This document shows positions 29,183-37,639 of a DNA stretch of 64,000 bases, piece by piece (the first letter of the stretch is position 1; every line of letters begins with the position of its first letter). The position numbers were made by a program, and so were the translations under genes. Under the pieces are notes generated by a model, which had not been told where the DNA came from, made no database searches, and saw nothing but the letters and a program-made list of their open reading frames with translations. The stretch lies in sequence record LR756504.1. One strand, 5' to 3'.

Positions 29183-31079
29183 GGTGGTGGTAAACTGTAA
29201 TTGCTTCCACATAAAAAAATTCTGTGAACTGCTGGAAAATCCTTTAAGTTTCTAATACTACAAAGTAATCTGTGAAGATAAACTTGAATGTTTAAAAAAT
29301 TAGAAAATTGGACAATCAGCATCCAAGCTTCTTAGAAATAAGAAGAAGGTTCAACGACTACTAAAAGTAATCTAAGTTTTAAATAATATGATGAAATTGG
29401 CACGAGTGCAGAACAGTCTAAAAAACTGAAGATATAGTCTGAACTTATAAGAAATTATAAGAAATTAGGATAAAGAACCTAATGATAACAAACTGAAAAG
29501 AAAAGGTAGTTTTGCTGTATATTTAGAACCTTGGCACGGTGACATCATGGATTTTCTCGATTTAAAGAAAAACCATGGTAAAGAAGAAATGCGAGCAAGA
29601 GATTTATTTTATGCTATATGGATGTGTGATCTTTTTTTACAAAGAGTGGAAAAAGATTTAGATTGGTCATTAATGTGTCCTAATCAATCACCAGGTTTGG
29701 ATGATGTATACGCTGAAGAATTTGTTAAATTGTATGAACAATATGAAGCTGATGGTAAATTTTTGAGAAAAGTTAAAGCCAGAGATGTTTGGCACAAGAT
29801 ACTTGAAGCGCAAATGGAAACTGGTACACCATATATTTTATATAAAGATTCGTGTAATGCTAAATCAAATCAAAAAAATGCTGGAATTTTGAAGACATCA
29901 AATCTTTGTGCTGAAATATTAGAAGTAGTATCTGGTGAAGAAGACATAGATCCAGAAACTGGTGTGGCTGGACAAACTGCTGTTTGTAATTTAGCATCTA
30001 TTTGTTTGCCAAAATTTGTAAAAGGTAAAAAGAATTTCAAATTTGATTTCGAAAAATTACATGATGTAGCTTACCAAGCTATTGTAAATTTGAATAAAGT
30101 AATTGATGTTAATTATTACCCAACAGAGAGAGCGAAAAGATCAAATACTAAAATGAGACCTGTTGGTCTCGGCACACAGGGTATGGCGGATGTTTTTTTC
30201 TTAATGAATTTAGAATTTACATCACCAGAATCTAAAAAATTAAATATAGAAATATACGAAACAATATATCACGCAGCATTACAAGCCTCTTGTGATATAG
30301 CTAAAAAAGAAGGTACATACACAATGTTTGAAGGTTCACCAGCTTCTAAAGGTATATTACAATTTGATATGTGGAATGTTGTACCATCAAACAGATATAA
30401 TTGGTATGAATTGAAAGAAGAAATTAAAAAATATGGTTTGAGAAACTCATTAACCACATGTAGTATGCCTACGGCATCAACGGCATCAATTTTCGGAAAC
30501 GAAGCTTCACAAGAAGTTCAAAGTAGCAATATGTATACACGTAAAGTTCTTTCAGGCGAATTCATTATAGTAAATAAACATTTAGTTAAAAAATTGTGCG
30601 AATTGAATTTATGGTCTGATGAAATGAGACAACAAATTATTGTTAATAATGGATCTATTCAAAACATTACTTCAATACCTAAAGAAATTAGAGATATTTA
30701 CAAAACTGTTTGGGAAACTTCTCAAAAAGATGTCATAGATATGTATGCTAATCGAGGCTCTTTTATCGATCAAACACAATCTATGAATATATTTATGGCT
30801 AATCCTAATTATGCCAAATTAACATCAATGCATTTCTATGGATGGGGTGGTGGAGTAACAAAAAGTTCACTGGATGAAAAATACGGAGCAACACCAGAAA
30901 AAGCATTAAAAACTGGTATTTACTATTTAAGAAGTCAGGCTGCTGCTGATGCAATCAAATTTACAATAGATCCCAATATGGTTAAAAGTGTAAAGGTTGA
31001 TGGGAAAGAATATGATGCGAATGAACAAATGAGTTGTTCAATTGATAATCCTGATGATTGCATTGCATGCGGCTCGTAA
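28988..31079 (+). CDS. nrdA: IntC + RNR alpha C-terminal fragment (exons 28988-29191 and 29496-31079)
   Basis: KRKGSFAVYLEPWHGDI, TSNLCAEI, AVCNLASI, MPTAST, DQTQSMN, YYLRS, C-terminal CSIDNPDDCIACGS. Confidence 0.93.
29192..29495 (+). ncRNA. Group I intron (304 nt, no ORF) in nrdA C-terminal gene
   Basis: P GAACTGCTGGAAA (29226), Q AATCAGCA (29314), R GTTCAACGACTA (29349), S AAGATATAGTC (29429); P1 exon GUGGUGGU pairs with GCUUCCAC ending in U-G; terminal G; removal restores HN-GGG-KRKGSFAVYLEPWH in frame. Confidence 0.93.
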
Positions 31080-31087
31080 ATGAAAAT

Positions 31088-31120
31088 AAAAAAGGCTTGG
31101 AATAAATCTAAGCCTTTTTT
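31088..31120. terminator. Bidirectional intrinsic terminator
   Basis: AAAAAAGGCTTGGA-ATAAA-TCTAAGCCTTTTTT. Confidence 0.8.
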
Positions 31121-31123
31121 ATT

Positions 31124-31555
31124 TTATACTGTTTCTTCAATAAAATAATTATCAATGTGTTCAAATAATTCTTTGTTGCAACGATTCTTCATTGTTTTTT
31201 TAATTTCAGAATTATCATATTCACCATCATTCAACTCACTATTACATTGGATATAAAAGTAAGTTTTGTTATCCCTACTACTATGAAAACCAATTGATAG
31301 AAGATATTTTTTGAATAGATGATAACTTTCATCAGATTCAAAATTAGCTTTTAAATCATTTTTAATTTCAACGAGTGAATCAACTGCTAAAATTAGCACA
31401 GGATTTACATTACCGCCTCTTAAATCTCTATGTGTGAAATCAAGATGTCCAAAATTCTTTGAAAACCACGATAAACCCAATTGTAAGGTTGTTATAGCAT
31501 TAGCTTTCTCTAAATGAGAATCTCTAATTTGTGCTATTCTATCAAGTGAATCCAT
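31124..31555 (-). CDS. Hypothetical protein
   Basis: Likely start MDSLDRIA at 31555; the track start overlaps a promoter. Confidence 0.55.
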   Translation of the reverse strand: MDSLDRIAQIRDSHLEKANAITTLQLGLSWFSKNFGHLDFTHRDLRGGNVNPVLILAVDSLVEIKNDLKANFESDESYHLFKKYLLSIGFHSSRDNKTYFYIQCNSELNDGEYDNSEIKKTMKNRCNKELFEHIDNYFIEETV

Positions 31556-31574
31556 AATCCCTATTATTATAATA

Positions 31575-31606
31575 CAAAGGTACAAAAAATTGTAGTTAAA
31601 TACAAA
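31575..31606 (-). promoter_or_regulatory. Bacteroidota-type sigma70 promoter
   Basis: TTTG (31606-31603), 20-nt spacer, TACCTTTG (31582-31575). Confidence 0.65.
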
Positions 31607-31644
31607 TAAATAGAAGAATAAATCTTCAAAATTATATATACATC

Positions 31645-32256
31645 ATGAAACACATTAAACCGATATACGAATTTTTTAACAGAAAACCTGAATATTGTAT
31701 AGAAATTACAACAGCTAATATTAAGGATAATTTAAAAAATATTGCAAATGCTGTAGTTAAAGCATTAGATTATCTAAGCGATAAAGAGATTGGTGGTAAA
31801 GAATTTCTTAAAGAAATAGCAATGACTGAAACTAAACTTGGAACTGATCCTAATACTAATAGAACAACTGGTAATGCAGGGCGTGGAGTATGGCAAATAG
31901 ACGAAATTGGGTTTGATGCGACAAAAGATGTAGATTCTCATCCAATTTTAAAGAAATATCACGAAAATTTAAAAAGAAATGGAATTGATTGGGATGATGT
32001 TGAATGGGATGATTGTAATAAGCTTATTTATGGGGCTATAGCAGCTCGACTTTTAATAGCAGTAAAACCATTCAAGATAAATGAAAATCGTGCTTATAGA
32101 GCATATCAATGGAAGAAATACTACAATACCAATGATGGTAAAGGTACAGCCGATGATTATTGGGATAGGGTGAGAGAATGTTATAAAAAGTGTGGATTTT
32201 CTGATAAATATGCCAATATAACTTTAGCTCAATACTTGAAAAGTATTAAAAATTAG
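31645..32256 (+). CDS. Lysozyme-like/transglycosylase-fold protein (copy 2)
   Basis: AMTETKLG, GVWQID, WKKYYNTNDGKGT. Confidence 0.6.
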   Translation: MKHIKPIYEFFNRKPEYCIEITTANIKDNLKNIANAVVKALDYLSDKEIGGKEFLKEIAMTETKLGTDPNTNRTTGNAGRGVWQIDEIGFDATKDVDSHPILKKYHENLKRNGIDWDDVEWDDCNKLIYGAIAARLLIAVKPFKINENRAYRAYQWKKYYNTNDGKGTADDYWDRVRECYKKCGFSDKYANITLAQYLKSIKN

Positions 32257-32338
32257 TATACCAAAAGCTTAATAATAGGATGAATAGTGTACTAATTTTT
32301 AATGTGAATGGTATTTCTGAGTATATTTTATTTTTCAT
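32246..32338 (-). CDS. 30-aa single-TM peptide (not in track)
   Basis: MKNKIYSEIPFTLKISTLFILLLSFWYTNF; TATATTTG at 32393-32386 upstream. Confidence 0.35.
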   Translation of the reverse strand: MKNKIYSEIPFTLKISTLFILLLSFWYTNF

Positions 32339-32475
32339 TTTGTCTAATTAAATTGTAAATTTTTTGTGATTTGATTATTGTTTTACAAATATAAGTAAAA
32401 TATAGAGAAATTAAAAATAATTATTAAAAAAGTTTTTAAAATATAAACATTTTCTAATTTTTATATAAAAATGGT

Positions 32476-32889
32476 ATGTATTACCACATTACTGATAAAA
32501 AATCATTACCCATTCTAAATGAAATTTCTGAAAAATTGTACGAAGAGCAATATAAGGAGTTAGCACAAGAAAATTTCTTTTTAACGCAAACAGGAATTAT
32601 AAATTTGTACAAAATTGATGATGATAGAAAGCTAATAACTACAATGCTTTCAACAGTCAATTACCATATGAAATGGAGTGATTTTATTAATTTGTTAAAA
32701 GAATATCCAAAAGATAATGAATTTATTTTTATAAAATCTATCGAACGTATTAACAATAAGAGAATTAGAATAATTGAAGATTTAATAGACGAAGAGATAA
32801 AAGATAAATTTTATAAATTTAGGTTTGTAAAATCTGAGATTTGTCCAATTTTACATAGTCCATACTTCAAAAAATCAAAGGAAACCTAA
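32476..32889 (+). CDS. Hypothetical protein
   Basis: 137-aa ORF. Confidence 0.5.
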   Translation: MYYHITDKKSLPILNEISEKLYEEQYKELAQENFFLTQTGIINLYKIDDDRKLITTMLSTVNYHMKWSDFINLLKEYPKDNEFIFIKSIERINNKRIRIIEDLIDEEIKDKFYKFRFVKSEICPILHSPYFKKSKET

Positions 32890-32955
32890 ATTTATTAATA
32901 TATTATTAAACAAAAATGAAAAACGTAGTAAAATACGTGAAAATAAGTTTATAAT

Positions 32956-34857
32956 ATGGCTAAGAAGTTGAAAGTTGAAGAAATCTACGAAAAATTATCA
33001 CAAAGAGAACACGTTTTAAAAAGACCTGATACTTATGTAGGTTCAATAAGTTCTGTTGAAGAAAAGTTGTATGTTGCTGATGCAGATAATTTACCTAATC
33101 CAACTATTAAAAAAGAATTAGTTAAATATAGTCCAGCATTCATTAAATTATTTGATGAAATAATTACTAACGCATCAGATCATTACATAAGAACTGGAAA
33201 AGTTAAATACATTAAAGTAAATGTAGAACAGGATTGTATTACAGTTGAAAATGATGGTCCTGGTATTCCTGTAGAAATGCATAAAAAAGAAAAAGTGTGG
33301 GTCCCTGAATTGATATTTTTTAATTTACTTGCAGGTTCTAATTTTGATGATACTGAACAAAGATTTGTCGGTGGTAGAAATGGTTTAGGTTCTAAATTAA
33401 CATGTATTTTCTCTAAAAAGTTTATTATTGAAACAGCCGATGGTAAGAAAAAATACAAGCAAATTGTAAATGATAATCTTTACCATAAAGTATCCGATAA
33501 TGATTATAAAGCATATTTCGATGCACATAGTGCACCAAAAATAGCACCATCTGATAAATCATATACTAAAATAACTTTCTATCCAGATTTTGAAAGATTT
33601 GGGATGACTGGTTTCGACAAAGATGTAATGAAAATTTTATTGAAGAGAACATTAGATATTGCAGTTTATTGCCCTAAAGCAAAGGTTTCATTTAATGATG
33701 AAGTACTTCCAATTAAAACAATGAGGGATTACATGGAAATGCATTTACCAGAAGGTGCTGAATTATTCTACGAAAAATTAGATAATGGATGGGAAGTTGG
33801 TATTGCTAAATCTCAATCAGAATCATTTGAGCAAGTTAGTATTGTTAATGGTATTACTACTTATAGAGGTGGTACACATGTTAATTATATTTCTCTTGAA
33901 ACATCTAAAGATTTAGCTGATATGTTGACAAGAGGAAATAAAAAACTTAAAGTATCTTGGGTAGATGTTAAAAATAAATTATTCTTATTCTTAATATGTA
34001 GAATACCAAATCCTACATTTGATACACAAACAAAAGAAAATTTAACTAATTATATTAATAAAGAAATTCACAATGGTTGTAAACTATCAGAATTATCTTT
34101 AAAGAAAATAATGAAATCAGAAATAGTTAAATCAATATTAGAGGAAATTGAATTAAAAGAATTAAGAGATTTAAATAGACTTCAAAAAAGTTTAGCTTCT
34201 GTTAAAGTTGAAAAACTAATTGATGCTAAAGGTAAAGATAGAGAATCTTGTATACTTGGAATTTTTGAAGGTGATGCTGCATTAAAAGGTGTTAGGAAAA
34301 TGAGAGATGATCCTAATAGATTTGGTGCATTTCCACTTAGAGGAAAATTTCTCAATGTGTCTGAGCTTAATGCATCAACAGTAATTAAGAACGAGGAAGT
34401 TAAAAATTTAATATCTGCTGTTGGAATTCAATTAGGTAATAAAATAAATGAAAGTACTTTAAGATATGGTAAGATATACATCTATTCTGATGCTGATACT
34501 GATGGTGATTCCATTGCATCACTATTGATAAATTTCTTTTATAAATATTGGCCAGAATTATTTGAACAAGGTAGAATTTATAAAGTACTTACACCATTAT
34601 TAGTTGCAATTAAAGGGAAAGACAAAAAATATTTTTATACACAGGATGAATTTGAAGCTTGGATAACTAAAGTAAATGTTAAACAATGGCTAATTGAATA
34701 TAAAAAAGGATTGGGTGCATTAGAAGATATTGAATATGGTTTAATTATAAATGATCCAGTATTAGTTCAACTAACACCTGATAAATTATCTGAAATGAAT
34801 TTAGATGTTTGGTTTGGTAAAGATTCTGGTAAAAGAAAAGATAAACTAATGTCATAA
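32956..34857 (+). CDS. DNA topoisomerase II large (GyrB-like, gp39+gp60) subunit
   Basis: EHVLKRPDTYVG, EIITNA, ENDGPGIP, GRNGLG, Toprim FEGDAA, PLRGK, DADTDG, YKKGLG. Confidence 0.94.
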   Translation: MAKKLKVEEIYEKLSQREHVLKRPDTYVGSISSVEEKLYVADADNLPNPTIKKELVKYSPAFIKLFDEIITNASDHYIRTGKVKYIKVNVEQDCITVENDGPGIPVEMHKKEKVWVPELIFFNLLAGSNFDDTEQRFVGGRNGLGSKLTCIFSKKFIIETADGKKKYKQIVNDNLYHKVSDNDYKAYFDAHSAPKIAPSDKSYTKITFYPDFERFGMTGFDKDVMKILLKRTLDIAVYCPKAKVSFNDEVLPIKTMRDYMEMHLPEGAELFYEKLDNGWEVGIAKSQSESFEQVSIVNGITTYRGGTHVNYISLETSKDLADMLTRGNKKLKVSWVDVKNKLFLFLICRIPNPTFDTQTKENLTNYINKEIHNGCKLSELSLKKIMKSEIVKSILEEIELKELRDLNRLQKSLASVKVEKLIDAKGKDRESCILGIFEGDAALKGVRKMRDDPNRFGAFPLRGKFLNVSELNASTVIKNEEVKNLISAVGIQLGNKINESTLRYGKIYIYSDADTDGDSIASLLINFFYKYWPELFEQGRIYKVLTPLLVAIKGKDKKYFYTQDEFEAWITKVNVKQWLIEYKKGLGALEDIEYGLIINDPVLVQLTPDKLSEMNLDVWFGKDSGKRKDKLMS

Positions 34858-34903
34858 TAATTACCTAATATAAATATAAAAAATAAAATAATACGTAAAA
34901 TTT

Positions 34904-36256
34904 ATGACTGTTATAAAAAGAAATATATCTGACTACTTAGAAAATGAATATAAGAGTTATGCAATGTATGTTATTGAAAACCGTGCTGTACCATCTATTA
35001 TAGATGGTTTAAAACCAGTTCAAAGAAAAGTTATACAAGTAGCTAGAAAAACTTGGCGTGGTGTTGAAGGGGAAAAAGAAATGAAAGTATTCCAACTTAC
35101 TGGTAAAGTTGCTAATGAGTGTTTTTATCATCATGGTGATTCTTCTTTAAATGGTGCTATTATTTCAATGGCACAAAGATTTAAAAATAACTTACCTCTT
35201 CTTGAAGATAAAGGACAATACGGTTCATTGCGTTCACCAGAAGCAGCTGCACCTCGTTATATTGGTACAAGATTAACTAAAAATTTTAATTTAGTTTATA
35301 AAGATTTTGAATTACTTACATCAAGATTTGAAGAAGGTTATGAAATTGAACCACAATATTTTTTACCAATTATACCAACTATTTTAATTAATGGTGGTTC
35401 TGGTATTGCTGTAGGATATTCTTCTAATATTTTAAATAGGAATCCTAAAGAGGTAGTGTCAGCATGTTTAAACTATTTATATGGTAAAAAAATTGGAAAG
35501 CTTAAACCATATCAAGAAGAATTTACAGGAACTTATACAGTAGATAAAGAAAACACTAATAGATGGATTATAAGAGGTTGTTATGAAATATTAAATACAA
35601 CGACTATAAGAATTACAGAACTTCCACCATCTATGACATATGAAAAATGGGAAAATCTTTTAGATAAATTAGTTGAAGAAAGAAAGATAAGAACATATGA
35701 AGATAATGGTAAAGAAAATATTGACTATTCAATTAAAATGAGTCGTGAAGATTTGGATAAATTACAAAATGATGAAAATGCATTATTTAATTTATTCAAA
35801 CTAAGTGAGTCTGTTTCTGAATTTTTTACAACTATTGATGAAAATGGCAAACTTAAATTATTTAACAATGCTGAGGAAATTGTACATTATTTTGTTGATT
35901 TTAGATTAACTTATTATAATAAGAGAAAGAAGTATCAAATTGAAAGATTATCAGAAATAGTTAGAATTATAAATAATCGTGCATTATTTATTCAGTCTAT
36001 ATTAGAAAGTAAAATTATTGTAAATAAGAAATCTAAAGATGAAATAATTAAACAAATAATTAAAGTTGGTTTAGAAACTAAAGATGATTCATACGACTAT
36101 TTATTGGCTATGCCAATTCACGCATTATCAAAAGAAAGATGGGAAGCATTAAAAGTTGAATTAAAAGATAGAAAAGAAGATTTAAAAATAATTAAAGCTT
36201 CTAAACCTGAAGAAATTTATATAGAAGAGTTAGAAGAATTGAGAAAAAAGATATAA
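34904..36256 (+). CDS. DNA topoisomerase II small (GyrA-like, gp52) subunit
   Basis: RAVPSIIDGLKPVQRK, YHHGD, AAPRY catalytic Tyr, GIAVG. Confidence 0.94.
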   Translation: MTVIKRNISDYLENEYKSYAMYVIENRAVPSIIDGLKPVQRKVIQVARKTWRGVEGEKEMKVFQLTGKVANECFYHHGDSSLNGAIISMAQRFKNNLPLLEDKGQYGSLRSPEAAAPRYIGTRLTKNFNLVYKDFELLTSRFEEGYEIEPQYFLPIIPTILINGGSGIAVGYSSNILNRNPKEVVSACLNYLYGKKIGKLKPYQEEFTGTYTVDKENTNRWIIRGCYEILNTTTIRITELPPSMTYEKWENLLDKLVEERKIRTYEDNGKENIDYSIKMSREDLDKLQNDENALFNLFKLSESVSEFFTTIDENGKLKLFNNAEEIVHYFVDFRLTYYNKRKKYQIERLSEIVRIINNRALFIQSILESKIIVNKKSKDEIIKQIIKVGLETKDDSYDYLLAMPIHALSKERWEALKVELKDRKEDLKIIKASKPEEIYIEELEELRKKI

Positions 36257-36299
36257 ACTTTTTAACGATTCGCATTATAATTAAAAATAAAATAGAAGT

Positions 36300-36470
36300 A
36301 TGCCAATAGGTGAAGATAACATAAAGCATTGTTTATGCTGTAAAAAGAAGGTAATTTCATACGAATTATTTTTTGTTTGTTCCAAATGTGTTAATAAAGG
36401 TCATACAGGATGGTTATCTTGTTCTGTGTGTAGCAAAGAAAAAAAGACTAAAGATACTGATATAAAATGA
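36300..36470 (+). CDS. 56-aa Cys-rich putative zinc-finger protein (not in track)
   Basis: HCLCC, CSKC, CSVC; ATGA overlap with next ORF. Confidence 0.5.
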   Translation: MPIGEDNIKHCLCCKKKVISYELFFVCSKCVNKGHTGWLSCSVCSKEKKTKDTDIK

Positions 36471-36919
36471 AAAATTTAGTTAAAATTGATTTAAGGACAA
36501 AAAGCCATTGGAATAAAACATCCCGTAATTATGAAACATTAACACCAGTTAATTTAAAAAAGTTTTTAGAAACTGTTGGTGAGGGAAATCAAGAAAGAAT
36601 TGATATTTTAAACTATTTTACAACTAAATTTGAATTATTTGCAATTGATTTAGAAACTTTAGAATTAACGGCTGGTTATACAGCTAAAGAAAGTTATTTA
36701 AATGAAGATTACTACAGAAGATTTGAAGAGAATAAATTTATTGATTTATCTGATAATATGTTGTACATGGAATATGAATATTTATGTGTGTGGAATGAAA
36801 ATAAGTTATGGGGAAAGTTAAAAAAAGAGCTTGGTGATGGATATACAATAAATTGGGAAACGTATCCATTGTGGGGATCTAGGAAAGCTAGAATTGTTGA
36901 TTTATTATTAGATGATTAA
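36467..36919 (+). CDS. Hypothetical protein ending RKARIVDLLLDD
   Basis: 150-aa ORF. Confidence 0.55.
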   Translation: MKNLVKIDLRTKSHWNKTSRNYETLTPVNLKKFLETVGEGNQERIDILNYFTTKFELFAIDLETLELTAGYTAKESYLNEDYYRRFEENKFIDLSDNMLYMEYEYLCVWNENKLWGKLKKELGDGYTINWETYPLWGSRKARIVDLLLDD

Positions 36920-37024
36920 AAAATAGTTAAAGGAGGATTAAATAAAAATAATCTTCCTTTTTTATTTTATAAACGATTAGAAAGAGTTAAAAATATTATA
37001 AATAAAGAAAAGAATGCTATTAGC

Positions 37025-37192
37025 ATGGATAAAAGTATAGAATTACTAAAAAGAGAGTTATCATTCATTGAATCTAGAATACTTTTAATAAGACAAGGTA
37101 AAGTAAATGAAGTTAAAGGAATTACTCTAAAAGAAGCTTTGGAATATAAGGATGATTATAAAAAAGCCATTGAAATTTTAGAAAAAAAGTAA
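37025..37192 (+). CDS. 55-aa hypothetical protein (not in track)
   Basis: MDKSIELLKRELSFIESR...; fills the gap before 37201. Confidence 0.4.
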   Translation: MDKSIELLKRELSFIESRILLIRQGKVNEVKGITLKEALEYKDDYKKAIEILEKK

Positions 37193-37200
37193 ATATTTTA

Positions 37201-37623
37201 ATGTTTGTAGAAATTGCACCAAAAGAAACTGGTAAAATTCAAAGATTAGTTAAAGATGCTATTAAATATCTTAATAGTCATCAGAATACCATTATATATT
37301 TAATATCTTATTCAGAAGCTCAATCCAATCAAATAAAAGATATAATTTTAGAAGAATATAACTGTGATAGTAGTAGAATTATAATTTCTAAATTTATGAC
37401 AAGAAAAAAAATATCTGGTTCAAGGGTTATAAAAAATTATGTGTATGGTTTCGATTTAATGAAAGAAATGGTAAACAATATGAAATATCTTTTTATAGAT
37501 GATGACGCTTATTATACAACATCTATTGGTACTTATTCTGATTTTACTAAACAATTAATAACACACTTTAAAAAATCATATAACAGAAAGAAGAAGATTG
37601 AAAATATAATTGAAGAAGAATAA
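37201..37623 (+). CDS. Hypothetical protein ending RKKKIENIIEEE
   Basis: 140-aa ORF. Confidence 0.55.
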   Translation: MFVEIAPKETGKIQRLVKDAIKYLNSHQNTIIYLISYSEAQSNQIKDIILEEYNCDSSRIIISKFMTRKKISGSRVIKNYVYGFDLMKEMVNNMKYLFIDDDAYYTTSIGTYSDFTKQLITHFKKSYNRKKKIENIIEEE

Positions 37624-37639
37624 AAAATTTTAAAAATAA

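Noticed and set aside
29547-31079. Independent nrdA-C gene starting at ATG 29547
   Set aside because: The frame extends upstream through conserved KRKGSFAVYLEPWH to the intron 3' splice site at 29495/29496.
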